Shown: piece after piece, positions 26,330 through 35,916 of the stretch
Numbering within the stretch: position 1 is the first letter of the stretch
Layout of the letters: each line of letters begins with the position of its first letter
DNA from: a virus
Taxonomy: Duplodnaviria > Caudoviricetes
Strand: one strand, 5' to 3'
Virus record (IMG/VR): IMGVR_UViG_3300037045_000324
Span: 1 to 37,273 of that record
DNA: 37,273 nt
Notes under the pieces: model-generated
Seen by the model: only the letters and a program-made list of their open reading frames with translations
Databases searched by the model: none
Told to the model about the DNA's origin: nothing
Translations under genes and position numbers: made by a program

Positions 26330-27905
26330 GGGCTCTCACCCTTTCATTAACGGTGCCACTGTACTGTTCTGGTAAATTAACCCTAACAAGATGCTCAGCA
26401 AAAGGCGGCGGCACAGCATTACCGCATCTGGCTACCTGAGCTGATTTAGGGTATTGGTTGCCCTCGAAATCACGGTCGATAATGTAATCTTCCGGAAAAC
26501 CGTTGGCATTAAACAATTCCCTCGGAACAAGCATTCTCATACCGATATCTGAAATAAAATACATATCGCCGTTTATTTCCAGCAATAAAATTTCGTTATC
26601 GGCAATGCTGTAGCCACAATACTCATTAAGCATTGCCCTGACTTCTGGCCAACGTCCTAAATCTTGATTTTCACTAATCCTTGTTAGAACCGTCTTCACT
26701 TCTGCAAAATGGCCAGGACTTGTCATAACTGTTGGTAGAGGTTCTCTTAAGTCCTTACAATCCATATGATTGCGGAGTACACATAAATGGGCTTCTATTA
26801 AGGCATTCCGGTCCTTTGATGTTACGGTGTGTAACGGGCTGGCAGGACTGCTTTCTCCCCCTGTACCATAATATTTTGTGATAAATGTCGCCGTTAGCGC
26901 ATATCTAGGGTTTGTATCAATTGTTAATAACGGCCTGTCTATTGCCTGCCCTCTGGCTCCATCCCCTTCATAGCTATGGTACTGGGAGAGAAAGGGGGCA
27001 ACTAGAAAGTTATGATCTTTTGCTGTAATTGTTGGTAAAGGTTTATCTAGGCCCGATCCTGCTCCGGTATAACCCCCACCAAAAGCCTGCATAATAAAGG
27101 GATTGGCATTATTGATCACAAACTTATCTGTACCTCTGGCGATTCTTTGTATCGTGTTACCCGCTAGCGGTCTAATCGCCCTAATTCCGTATCTTTCTTT
27201 AATTTCTATCGCTGTATCAAAAATGCTCGGACATGGTAGCGACCAGTCTATAATCTCCGATGCTGTTCGCCATGGACTCAACCTGCAATACTTCACCGCT
27301 TCGGATTTAGGGTCAGCGTGAGTAGGCTCTGGCCATACTATCGGTTGTCCATCGCACCGAGCAACCAAGAAAAACCTCCGGCGAATAGTAGGAGCTCCAT
27401 AATCACAGGCCCTCAACTCTTTGTGATCTACCTGATAGCCTTGCCGTTTGAGTGCGTTAATGAATGCCTGGAAAGTACGCCCCCTCTTATCAGGGTCTGG
27501 CTTACCGTCTTTTAGTAAAGGCCCCCAGGTCTTAAACTCTTCCACGTTCTCTAGCATAATTACCCGAGGCCGAACAGTGGCTGCCCATCTAACAGCTACC
27601 CATGCCAGACCTCGAATACTCTTTTCAACTGGCCGCCCACCTTTAGCTTTTGAAAAGTGCTTGCAGTCAGGACTAAGCCATACTAGGGCTACCGGTCTGC
27701 CCTTTGCTACTTCGCGAGGGTCTACGTCCCATACATCCTCGCAGTAATGCAGTGTATCCGGGTGATTAGCGCGATGCATGGCTATTGCTACTGGGTCATG
27801 ATTAATCGCTATGTCTACTGACCGACCTATGGCGAGGGCTATTCCAGTGCTTGCCCCGCCGCCTCCAGCGAAGTTATCTATTATGAGTTCTCTGTTTAAA
27901 TGCAC
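26316..27905 (-). CDS. DNA (cytosine-5) methyltransferase
   Basis: FAGGGG motif I, SPDC motif IV, ENV motif VI, R.R motif VIII, GNAV motif X. Confidence 0.93.
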   Translation of the reverse strand: MHLNRELIIDNFAGGGGASTGIALAIGRSVDIAINHDPVAIAMHRANHPDTLHYCEDVWDVDPREVAKGRPVALVWLSPDCKHFSKAKGGRPVEKSIRGLAWVAVRWAATVRPRVIMLENVEEFKTWGPLLKDGKPDPDKRGRTFQAFINALKRQGYQVDHKELRACDYGAPTIRRRFFLVARCDGQPIVWPEPTHADPKSEAVKYCRLSPWRTASEIIDWSLPCPSIFDTAIEIKERYGIRAIRPLAGNTIQRIARGTDKFVINNANPFIMQAFGGGYTGAGSGLDKPLPTITAKDHNFLVAPFLSQYHSYEGDGARGQAIDRPLLTIDTNPRYALTATFITKYYGTGGESSPASPLHTVTSKDRNALIEAHLCVLRNHMDCKDLREPLPTVMTSPGHFAEVKTVLTRISENQDLGRWPEVRAMLNEYCGYSIADNEILLLEINGDMYFISDIGMRMLVPRELFNANGFPEDYIIDRDFEGNQYPKSAQVARCGNAVPPPFAEHLVRVNLPEQYSGTVNERVRAHAYK

Positions 27906-30187
27906 TGCTCTTTGCCCTCCCCTCTAGTGGCCGCATCTTTCAGGTTCAGGCAAGCCTGGTTATAGTAGCTTTTCTTTAGCTCTACCCCGAGGAATCTACG
28001 GCCCATCTGGAGAGACACATATCCCTCTGAACCAATGCCGGCAAAGGGGCTAAATACTAAATCCCCTGGGTTACTCCACAGCTCCAGACAGCGTTCAATA
28101 ACGTCCAACTGTAAGGGGCATATATGCTTTTCATCTTCTTCAGCCCTGGCGGACTTCCTCTGTAAGGTCTTCGACTGGTTAATATCCATCCATATAGGAC
28201 TCGCATAACGCCTCCATACTTGATGTGAATAAACTGGATCAGTATTATAGGCTTTGTGCTGGTCGTAAGCATCCGTATCAGGTGCGGGTCTGGATATCTT
28301 AGGGGCTTCTGGCTCGTTTTCTCCGATAAAAGTTGTGAATCCATTCGGATGACTAACGGGCTCCGGATTATCTCCTGGCTTACGCATAGTAATTACGTAG
28401 TCTGGTAGGCCTTGTCTGCACATAGCTGAGTCTTTTATTATCTGTTTATGCAACAACCCTAAGGCCTTTGTTCTAGTGGCCTCCACCAGAGGATCTTTCC
28501 AAATCGTTACTTTGCTATGAAATATAAATCCTTCATCCTCGAACATCTGCCTGAGCAGAGCCGGGAAATCTTTTAATCCTATAATTCCGTCCCGCTGCTT
28601 AAGCAAGGGTAGATCCATACAATGAAATGAAATCAGTCTGCCCGGCATAATAATCCTGTATAATTCCTTAACCAGGAACCGGAAATGAACCATAAATTCA
28701 TCATCATTCTTGCAGTTCCCCATATCCCTGTCGCTGTTACTGTACGTATATAGGCTAGAGAAAGGTGGGCTAAATATTGAGTAATGAAGACTGTTGTCCT
28801 CTAGTCCTCTAGCTATCTCTACGCAATCACCCAGGTACATTTCCCAGCCTTGCCCTGTTTCAATTCCCGTCTCATAAGGGGCTATCTCACGACCGGTACT
28901 TTGTAAATTCTCTTTGGTAATCTCCTGGGTAGCCGCGATCATTCCGCTGAGCATGGCCTCAAATTCTTCCTCTTTACGCTTGATATTAATAACCACAGCG
29001 CCCTCTGTTTCAGCCGTGATCACACACACATCTACAGGTTTTTGCTGTCCGAATCTCCAGCACCGGCGCACAGCTTGAAAATACTCTTCAAAGCTATCAG
29101 ATAGGCCAACAAAGGCCATCTTATTGCAGTGCTGCCAGTTCATTCCGAATCCGCATATACTGGGTTTAGTGACTAAGACTCTTATCCGGCCTTCTGAGAA
29201 ATCGTTCATACTCTTCTCTTTATACTCCGACTTATGGCTACCGGTAATCTCTACAGCATCAGTTATGGCTTTCGTTAATAATTCGCTTTCAGCATTGAGT
29301 CCACACCATATAATCCAGCGATCCTCTGACTGATTGACAATGGCGGCGCAGAGATTAACCCTGTCATCTATACTGTTTTTCCGAGCCTCCCGGCGTTCCG
29401 TCAGGGTCTTTGCCTCCGGGCCTTCAGCTAGTACAGTGACATGGTTAATGTTTAAAGGCGGTAGTATAAAGGCCCCGTCCTCATAACCTAAGTCAGAGGG
29501 TTTGCTAAGCATTACAGCCCAGGAAGCAACCCATATCCAAAATCTATCTTGTGCATGACCTTTCAGTCTCCATTGACTCGTGTTGCCACCATCATGAACA
29601 AAGAACATGGCTAGCATTTCAGCCCGGGTCATTACCCCTAGGAATTCAGCATGGTTGCAAAGCTCCATATGATCATTAGGTGCTGGTGTAGCAGTACAGG
29701 CCAGTTTATACGGGGTATGCTGAAACATTTCTATAATTTGAGTTCTGACCTTACCGGTGAAACTTTTCAAGATGCTGCTTTCATCCAGCACGATGCCGAT
29801 AAACTTATCCGGGTCGAACTTATGAAGCATTTCATAATTGGCAATATTTAAGCCCGGCTGTACATCTTCCTGAGACCGGCAGAGGGTTACGGATATACCA
29901 AACTTCTGCCCTTCTCTAACGGTCTGCTGAGCTACGGCCAGAGGAGCCAGTATAAGCACATCCCCGCCCGTGTATTTATTGACCAGGTTAGCCCATTCAA
30001 GCTGTATACCCGTTTTACCGAGACCGGTTCCGGCAAATACAGCCGCTTTTCCTTTTGCCAGTGCCCAGCGTACAATATCCCTCTGAAATTCAAACAGTAA
30101 TGGGTTTATGTCTTCAGTAGATACGGTAATGCCGCAGGGTATAACGGTTATTTTTTTATCCTCTAAAAATTGTTCATATTCCATCAT
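27896..30187 (-). CDS. Fusion of SF2 helicase and N4/N6 amino DNA methyltransferase (beta order)
   Basis: GTGLGKT, LDESS, TAT, QAVRRCWRFGQ, then GDC, FSPPF and SPFAGIGS in one reading frame. Confidence 0.88.
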   Translation of the reverse strand: MMEYEQFLEDKKITVIPCGITVSTEDINPLLFEFQRDIVRWALAKGKAAVFAGTGLGKTGIQLEWANLVNKYTGGDVLILAPLAVAQQTVREGQKFGISVTLCRSQEDVQPGLNIANYEMLHKFDPDKFIGIVLDESSILKSFTGKVRTQIIEMFQHTPYKLACTATPAPNDHMELCNHAEFLGVMTRAEMLAMFFVHDGGNTSQWRLKGHAQDRFWIWVASWAVMLSKPSDLGYEDGAFILPPLNINHVTVLAEGPEAKTLTERREARKNSIDDRVNLCAAIVNQSEDRWIIWCGLNAESELLTKAITDAVEITGSHKSEYKEKSMNDFSEGRIRVLVTKPSICGFGMNWQHCNKMAFVGLSDSFEEYFQAVRRCWRFGQQKPVDVCVITAETEGAVVINIKRKEEEFEAMLSGMIAATQEITKENLQSTGREIAPYETGIETGQGWEMYLGDCVEIARGLEDNSLHYSIFSPPFSSLYTYSNSDRDMGNCKNDDEFMVHFRFLVKELYRIIMPGRLISFHCMDLPLLKQRDGIIGLKDFPALLRQMFEDEGFIFHSKVTIWKDPLVEATRTKALGLLHKQIIKDSAMCRQGLPDYVITMRKPGDNPEPVSHPNGFTTFIGENEPEAPKISRPAPDTDAYDQHKAYNTDPVYSHQVWRRYASPIWMDINQSKTLQRKSARAEEDEKHICPLQLDVIERCLELWSNPGDLVFSPFAGIGSEGYVSLQMGRRFLGVELKKSYYNQACLNLKDAATRGEGKEQCI

Positions 30188-30195
30188 GCACCCCG

Positions 30196-30405
30196 CTATT
30201 CTTTAGAAAGTAATTCAATTTCCCGATTGATATACCAGACAGCCTTCTGCAGATCCTCAACCTCTTTGGCTTTATCCTTTACCCCAGCTCTAACAAGGTA
30301 TTTCAATGCATTACCACGGGAGAAATTAAGGTTTTGATCCTCAATGAAATCTATAACCTCAATCTTCCCAGTGTTATAGTGACTAGGATGATCTACGCTT
30401 GACAT
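30196..30405 (-). CDS. DUF3310 (SaV-like) protein
   Basis: VDHPSHY, IEVIDFI, GNALKY..RAG.K...EDL.KA.WY. Confidence 0.88.
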   Translation of the reverse strand: MSSVDHPSHYNTGKIEVIDFIEDQNLNFSRGNALKYLVRAGVKDKAKEVEDLQKAVWYINREIELLSKE

Positions 30406-31085
30406 TATAGATCGCCTCCCTGTATGACTATTCCCGCGTAGTTGGCCGGTTCAAAATCCCGGTTATAATCGATATCGTCATACAGTGGGGCTAATTTTCC
30501 TTTGAAATAAAGCAGTAACGGTATAGTTATTTGCTGCATCTGGGGATGCGCAGTTTTGGCTGCTCTTAAATTAAAGAAGTGCCTCCACTCGCGCAGGTTA
30601 TATGTCACTACAATTTCAGTTTTGAGACTATTGGGCAATACGGAACGGGCTTCCTGGGCGCTTCTATCGCATTGGTGAAGCAGATATAAATAACCGCACT
30701 CGGCTTCTTCACAAGCCCGTTTCCACCAGCCATAAGCATCGGGATCTAATTTAAAAAAGAAAGGCTCGATTACGGTGATTTCATTTCCGTACTTGTCCCC
30801 GGCATAATTACAGTACCTGGTGCTTTCCTGGCTATAAGCGGCCAGTCTATGCCGTACTATTTCGTGGCTTACTCCCCGATCACATATAATCCGAACGGTA
30901 ACTTTTTCATGTTCGAACATGGAATGATGGCCAGATTTCATAATCATTTCAATGAATCCCCGATAGCTGTCCTCGGTTATTTTGGCCTCAGATTTATAGC
31001 AAACACGACCGGCTTTTTCGATATTTCTTAATAACTGTGCTCCATTGATTTCAGGTACTTCAATATACGGTTCAATTATCTTCAC
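30405..31085 (-). CDS. thyX: FAD-dependent thymidylate synthase
   Basis: H.SMFEH, SHEIVRHR..YSQESTRY, ARSVLP, N.REWRHF..LR, AHPQ. Confidence 0.93.
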   Translation of the reverse strand: MKIIEPYIEVPEINGAQLLRNIEKAGRVCYKSEAKITEDSYRGFIEMIMKSGHHSMFEHEKVTVRIICDRGVSHEIVRHRLAAYSQESTRYCNYAGDKYGNEITVIEPFFFKLDPDAYGWWKRACEEAECGYLYLLHQCDRSAQEARSVLPNSLKTEIVVTYNLREWRHFFNLRAAKTAHPQMQQITIPLLLYFKGKLAPLYDDIDYNRDFEPANYAGIVIQGGDL

Positions 31086-31098
31086 AGGTGTTTTCCTC

Positions 31099-33072
31099 CT
31101 ATTCTTTCTTATAAAATGTAGTTATGAATCCATCCGCTGGAGTGAGCAGTCCGGGCGCCCAGGGTATTGGTTGGCCCATGATCTCGCAAAGCCGATCAAG
31201 GTCTGCATCTGCTTCCGGGATATCCAATATTGCTTCATCGTGAACGTGCATCACGGTTTTATATCCAGCAGTATTAAGTCTGATAAGACTCTCCGCCAAG
31301 CAGTCCCTGGCGATGGCCTGGGTTACATTTTCAGTAAGCTTCCCGCCGTAGGTATCCATGGTGCACCATTTTTTTGTAGTCTGGTCCATACCCCAATAAT
31401 GGAGGCTGTCATTGCCCCACTGATTAGGAGACAAGAAAGGCTTTACATAAAACAGTTTCCTGCCGCTGGGTAGCGTAATAGTGAAGAAGTCCTGCCCATT
31501 GTTGCAATCACCTTCACGGGCAAATATTAAACCTTTTATCCCTACTGGTTGTCCTGTCTGCATAACGCTAATAGCCGCATTCTCAAGGCTATACCAGAGG
31601 TCAACTATACGCCTGTTTGCGGATCTCCATCGTCTTACTATGTCTGGCAGTTCTTCTTCGGTCAGCCCCTGCTTCAAAGCTCCCATGGTGATTAGCGCAC
31701 CGGCAGCGCCCTGGTAACCCAGAGCCAGTTCTGCAACTTTGCCTTTTTGTCGGAGGTCGTATTCCGGGTTGCCTTTTACGATCTTCTCAAGAGGTACCCC
31801 GAACATTGCTGAAGCTGAGGCCTCGTATATCTTTCCATGAGTAGCGAATACCTCAAGCCGCCATTGTTCACCCGCCAGCCAAGCCACAACTCTAGCTTCG
31901 ATCGCGGAGAAGTCTGCCACTCCATAGAGGTTGCCGGGGGAAGGTATGAAAGCTGTCCGTATGAGCTGGGAAAGTGTATCGGGTATGTTCCCGTATATAA
32001 GTTTCAGAGCGTCTATTTTCTTATTCTTAACTAGTTCTCTAGCTATCGATAGGGTATCCAGGTAGTTCCTTGGCAGGTTCTGGACTTGTACTAATCGACC
32101 GGCCCAGCGTCCTGTACGGTTAGCTCCATAAAATTGCAACAGGCCACGCACTCGGTTATCCTCGCACATTGCTGATTCCATAGCCGCGTACTTCTTAATA
32201 CTGGTTTTGGAAAGTTCCTGGCGGATCTCCAGCATTCGCTTGGCTTTGCCATCATCCAGAGTTTCAACCATCTTGGATACGGTGTCTTTTCTCAGGTTGG
32301 TGACTTCTTCATTTATTTCCTTAGTTAGCCATTCAGATAGTTGCTTTACGCTTTTTGGGTTATCGAGCCCCGATAACCGAACGGCCTCCTGCATTAATTC
32401 TGTTGTTGTAATCTGGTCAATCTGTAGAGCGCCAGCTATTAGACCACGATCAACCATAACCCCATTGGCGTTGATCTGCTGGTCAAGCACCCATAGCTTT
32501 TGTTCCTGATCGGGAACCGGGAAGCCAGATAATCGGTTTTCAATTTCTCTCTCAGTAACAACGTCCTGCCGGTTGTATTCCTTAAAAAGATTCCATCTCT
32601 CAGGTTCATGATGGGGTAGTGTACGAGTCCTGTAGCCGTTGTTTTTAGTCGGCTTACAGGGGATACAAAAGGTTCTTATTAAAGACATTCCTATGCCCAT
32701 TTTCCGTTTATCCTCGGGCAATCCTAGTGCTACAGCTGTAGGCCCGAGTCCTGCTGTATATCCGCAGTACAAACCGTGAAGCATAGTACACCGCCATTGC
32801 TCCAGAGGTGCACGGTAGAATTTATTCAAGCAGTACCATTCAAACGGCGCGTTATACGCATGTTTGATTACTTGGTCATTAGGTAAGGCGTATATGATAT
32901 CTGCTGGTATCCGTTCACCCATGGCCAGATCAACTACCTTTACTGGCTCATTTTCATATGCATAAGCAAATAAAAGTATCTGAAAATCAGGGCTTTGAAC
33001 GTATTTATACATACCAGCTTTCTTTAGATCTACGGATGAAAAAGTTTCGATATCGATGCTGAGGTGTCTCAT
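31099..33072 (-). CDS. Family A DNA polymerase with 3'-5' exonuclease
   Basis: DIET, YNAPFE, RTGRWAG, DFSAIEAR, RQKGK..ELALGY, HVHDE. Confidence 0.96.
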   Translation of the reverse strand: MRHLSIDIETFSSVDLKKAGMYKYVQSPDFQILLFAYAYENEPVKVVDLAMGERIPADIIYALPNDQVIKHAYNAPFEWYCLNKFYRAPLEQWRCTMLHGLYCGYTAGLGPTAVALGLPEDKRKMGIGMSLIRTFCIPCKPTKNNGYRTRTLPHHEPERWNLFKEYNRQDVVTEREIENRLSGFPVPDQEQKLWVLDQQINANGVMVDRGLIAGALQIDQITTTELMQEAVRLSGLDNPKSVKQLSEWLTKEINEEVTNLRKDTVSKMVETLDDGKAKRMLEIRQELSKTSIKKYAAMESAMCEDNRVRGLLQFYGANRTGRWAGRLVQVQNLPRNYLDTLSIARELVKNKKIDALKLIYGNIPDTLSQLIRTAFIPSPGNLYGVADFSAIEARVVAWLAGEQWRLEVFATHGKIYEASASAMFGVPLEKIVKGNPEYDLRQKGKVAELALGYQGAAGALITMGALKQGLTEEELPDIVRRWRSANRRIVDLWYSLENAAISVMQTGQPVGIKGLIFAREGDCNNGQDFFTITLPSGRKLFYVKPFLSPNQWGNDSLHYWGMDQTTKKWCTMDTYGGKLTENVTQAIARDCLAESLIRLNTAGYKTVMHVHDEAILDIPEADADLDRLCEIMGQPIPWAPGLLTPADGFITTFYKKE

Positions 33073-33110
33073 ACCTTTATCTCCTTATCTCACCAATCCC
33101 AATATAACTG

Positions 33111-33139
33111 CCTGGCCAGAACTCGTAATTCTGGCCAGG
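33111..33139. terminator. Perfect 11-bp inverted repeat between SSB and polymerase genes
   Basis: CCTGGCCAGAA-7 nt-TTCTGGCCAGG; no strong U tract on minus strand. Confidence 0.5.
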
Positions 33140-33155
33140 GCTATATTTCGGTGTT

Positions 33156-33842
33156 TTATAGGCCCAGTACGCCGCCGGGTATAACAGGCATACCCGTTAT
33201 TGGGTCAAGTATAGGAGCTGGTTGCTGGGCATATACGGGTTGTTGTACCGGCTGTTGAGGGTATACCGGTTGATAAGCTGGAGCAGCGGGTGCATAACCC
33301 GCGCCGCCGCCAAAGTCGTCAGCAGCATTTGTACGTCCACCCAGGGGCTCTCCATCTTCTAACTTCTGAACATTGCCCAGGCCGCAACCTATGCCGCGCT
33401 TACCGGAGTTTAGGTATGGGAAGAATTGAATTGAGACACGGGCATAAATACCCGAATAAATATCAGATTGATTTATGATCGGATTCAAAGCTATGTCTAC
33501 TACCTGTGGTGGTTGCTTCGATGATGCAGTAAATACCCAATGGCCTTTGCATTCATCGCCAAACGGCATGCCGTCGCTGGGACGGACTCCATCACCGTCA
33601 TGTATAGGAATTGATATCTGAGGCGGACGTACCCCGTTCCACTTAGATGCTACTCCAGCTTGTACGGCGGCATTTATCGCGGCGTCCATTCTCTGTTTGG
33701 TAGCTACATCGGATTTAGGGACTAATATCGTCGTGCTGTATTTGGCTTCTCCCCCGTTGGGATTAGCGTATGGAGTGAATAGATGAACAAAACTTAATCT
33801 TGCTCTCCCTGTTACAACATGTTGTGGATTTTGATTAGCCAT
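33156..33842 (-). CDS. Single-stranded DNA-binding protein, DUF2815 (gp2.5-like)
   Basis: RLSF..LF.P, KYS, DGD, YSG.YAR, GLGNVQK..DGEPLGG, AADDF; start moved to ATG 33842. Confidence 0.9.
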   Translation of the reverse strand: MANQNPQHVVTGRARLSFVHLFTPYANPNGGEAKYSTTILVPKSDVATKQRMDAAINAAVQAGVASKWNGVRPPQISIPIHDGDGVRPSDGMPFGDECKGHWVFTASSKQPPQVVDIALNPIINQSDIYSGIYARVSIQFFPYLNSGKRGIGCGLGNVQKLEDGEPLGGRTNAADDFGGGAGYAPAAPAYQPVYPQQPVQQPVYAQQPAPILDPITGMPVIPGGVLGL

Positions 33843-35010
33843 TATTGTTACCTCCATTTTCTTCATTTCCAAAATCATCTTGCGCGCTTGATCGTTTGAT
33901 CGCTTCTCGTTTGTCACTATCTACTGCTAGGGTTGGTTTACCTGGTGGTCGGTTAATGTATGGGGTTAATAGTTCACTAAATTTCGGTTTTCCTAGTAGC
34001 TCTTCTACTTTTGTAAGGGTTATGGGCTTCCGTTCGTACAGCAAGGCCTCATCATATCCCGCGCCCTTAATAACTGTGAACACCGCGTCAGTATTACTAA
34101 ACTGGCGGTTACTTCTTCCTTCGACTGCTTTCCATCCTGGTATCTCACGGCCCTGTAAGCATTCAGCCAGGGCGTATTCTTCTATGTGGGTGATCCATGC
34201 TTTCATATCCGCCGCGCTCATTAATATTTGTGCTACCTCTTCATTACTGATCAGCGGCGGTACCATTCCCAGATACTTGTCCTTCACTTCCATATAGAAA
34301 TCTGCTCTTGCCCGGCATAAAGATTTAGCCCGGCAGAATCGGCAGTGATCGCCAGGATTAAACTCACCCTGCCCAGAGAAAGCCATTTGAGCTATTGGCT
34401 TAATGCTTTCTCCCCAAGTCAAAAGCTCGTCCACTGTCAGATCAAATTCGGATATGCTATCCAACCGGGGCTGTACGATAGCTATTTTGATAATCTCAAT
34501 TCCATATAAGATCGAATAAGCAGAATGGGCACCCAGGGCATAAAGTTTCATTTGAGAATTGTTTATCGCGCTAACTGGAACTCCTTTGCCGTACTTAAAA
34601 TCTATAACGTGCAACGTATTACCTGAAATGATTATGCAATCGCCGGTTCCGAATCCCTCCGGGGCGTAGGAACTATAATCAAGTTTTTTCTCTATCGCCA
34701 CGTAAGGCTTTAGAGCGTAACCGTGTGCAATGTTAGAGATATAATCCAAATAAGCATCTGTATGCCCCATCATTTCAGCCTGGTATAATGTTTTTTCTTG
34801 AAGCTTTTTAAGCCGGCTATTGAAGGTCCTCGCCCCCATGGGTTCAACAAATGTTTTCCGAAGCTTTAATTCAGCTATTTCGTGCGCCAGGCGACCCTCT
34901 TCAGCATATCCGCTGGTGCTCTCCGGTAAGGTCTCCTCCAACCTCGCCGAAGGGGTACAATTTAGCCATTTTTCAGATCCAGAGGCGGCTAATAAAGCAT
35001 GTTCGCCCAT
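33835..35010 (-). CDS. DUF2800 family PD-(D/E)XK (Cas4-like) nuclease
   Basis: HA.L..S...W.NC.PS, GFGTGD, DFKYGKG, QPR, HCRFC..K..C. Confidence 0.9.
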   Translation of the reverse strand: MGEHALLAASGSEKWLNCTPSARLEETLPESTSGYAEEGRLAHEIAELKLRKTFVEPMGARTFNSRLKKLQEKTLYQAEMMGHTDAYLDYISNIAHGYALKPYVAIEKKLDYSSYAPEGFGTGDCIIISGNTLHVIDFKYGKGVPVSAINNSQMKLYALGAHSAYSILYGIEIIKIAIVQPRLDSISEFDLTVDELLTWGESIKPIAQMAFSGQGEFNPGDHCRFCRAKSLCRARADFYMEVKDKYLGMVPPLISNEEVAQILMSAADMKAWITHIEEYALAECLQGREIPGWKAVEGRSNRQFSNTDAVFTVIKGAGYDEALLYERKPITLTKVEELLGKPKFSELLTPYINRPPGKPTLAVDSDKREAIKRSSAQDDFGNEENGGNNNG

Positions 35011-35468
35011 TATATCCTCGCCCCCAAGCTCCTTAATTCGGTAGCAAAAGCCCCGTAATGTTCTTTAGGAAGAGCTGTCAGAGCTGGCACACCGAAACGA
35101 GCTAGCAGACCTACCAGGTCACTCCTGCGTCCCGCATCAACCAGCTGGGTGGCCGCTACCGCCAGTTGTTCCATACCGTAAGTTTGTGGTGTGGTTGGAA
35201 CAGGACTTACAGGGGCTTGCTGCATGGGCATCTGTTGCACTGGGGCTTGCTGTATAGGAGCCTGTTGAATTGGGGATTGTTGCACGGGCATTTGCTGTAC
35301 AGGAGCTTGTACAGGAATAACAGGTGCGGATTCACTTACCGCGATCGATTCTATGGTAACTGCCTTATGGTTGTTTAATAATAGTTCCATGCTTCCTGCG
35401 ATCGCTACCGCAAGAGAATGAATGGCGTCTACCAGAGCAGGGGCTTCGATTTTGATTGTCATATCCAT
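35010..35468 (-). CDS. Conserved replication-module protein with Gln/Pro repeats
   Basis: C-terminal LL.RFGV..LT.LPKE.YG; position upstream of DUF2800; GGAGG SD before ATG 35468. Confidence 0.75.
   Translation of the reverse strand: MDMTIKIEAPALVDAIHSLAVAIAGSMELLLNNHKAVTIESIAVSESAPVIPVQAPVQQMPVQQSPIQQAPIQQAPVQQMPMQQAPVSPVPTTPQTYGMEQLAVAATQLVDAGRRSDLVGLLARFGVPALTALPKEHYGAFATELRSLGARI
35205..35309 (-). repeat. Seven degenerate 15-bp coding repeats (Q-x-P-[VIM]-Q)
   Basis: QAPVQ QMPVQ QSPIQ QAPIQ QAPVQ QMPMQ QAPVS. Confidence 0.85.
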
Positions 35469-35484
35469 ATTAAATAAATCCTCC

Positions 35485-35916
35485 TTAATAATTTTTATTA
35501 ACTGGGTCACCTATTCCTAGAATCCTCACATAAGCCGTTCCCGGCTCAAATAGCAGCACCTTACTAGGTGCGTTGTACCACATTCTAATTTCATTCGGCG
35601 CCAGCTTGTTCGATACTGCGACTGCTTGCGCCTCGCCATAAATGTCTATATCTAATAGTGAGTAAAGCGGGATCTCCCCCTGGGCGGATACGATCACATA
35701 ACCTGGACCGTAATCGAGCCCGTTTTCGTCTACTCCGTACTCGCAGAATGCGGTAGCTTGGACCTTAACGATTTGCACATCGTTTATGGATGTAGGAGCT
35801 GTAATAGGCTTAACTTCTGTCGGATTAGTTTTTACGTTGTAGACCATCAAACCTAATATTAAAATTGCTAAGCCAGGGAAGATTGCTAACAGTATGAGCT
35901 TCATTTTGTTCATCAT
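35485..35916 (-). CDS. Membrane-anchored protein with degenerate 3D-like domain
   Basis: N-terminal hydrophobic helix; VQATAF...G....IPLYS.L.I..YG...A pattern. Confidence 0.55.
   Translation of the reverse strand: MMNKMKLILLAIFPGLAILILGLMVYNVKTNPTEVKPITAPTSINDVQIVKVQATAFCEYGVDENGLDYGPGYVIVSAQGEIPLYSLLDIDIYGEAQAVAVSNKLAPNEIRMWYNAPSKVLLFEPGTAYVRILGIGDPVNKNY

Noticed and set aside
27896-33072. DNA hypermodification pathway (ThyX + DUF3310 + PolA)
   Set aside because: No hydroxymethylase, glycosyltransferase, PurZ or 7-deazaguanine genes recognised; ThyX motifs look canonical
33835-35010. Cas4 as evidence of a CRISPR-Cas system
   Set aside because: Standard phage replication-module nuclease next to SSB and PolA; no other cas genes
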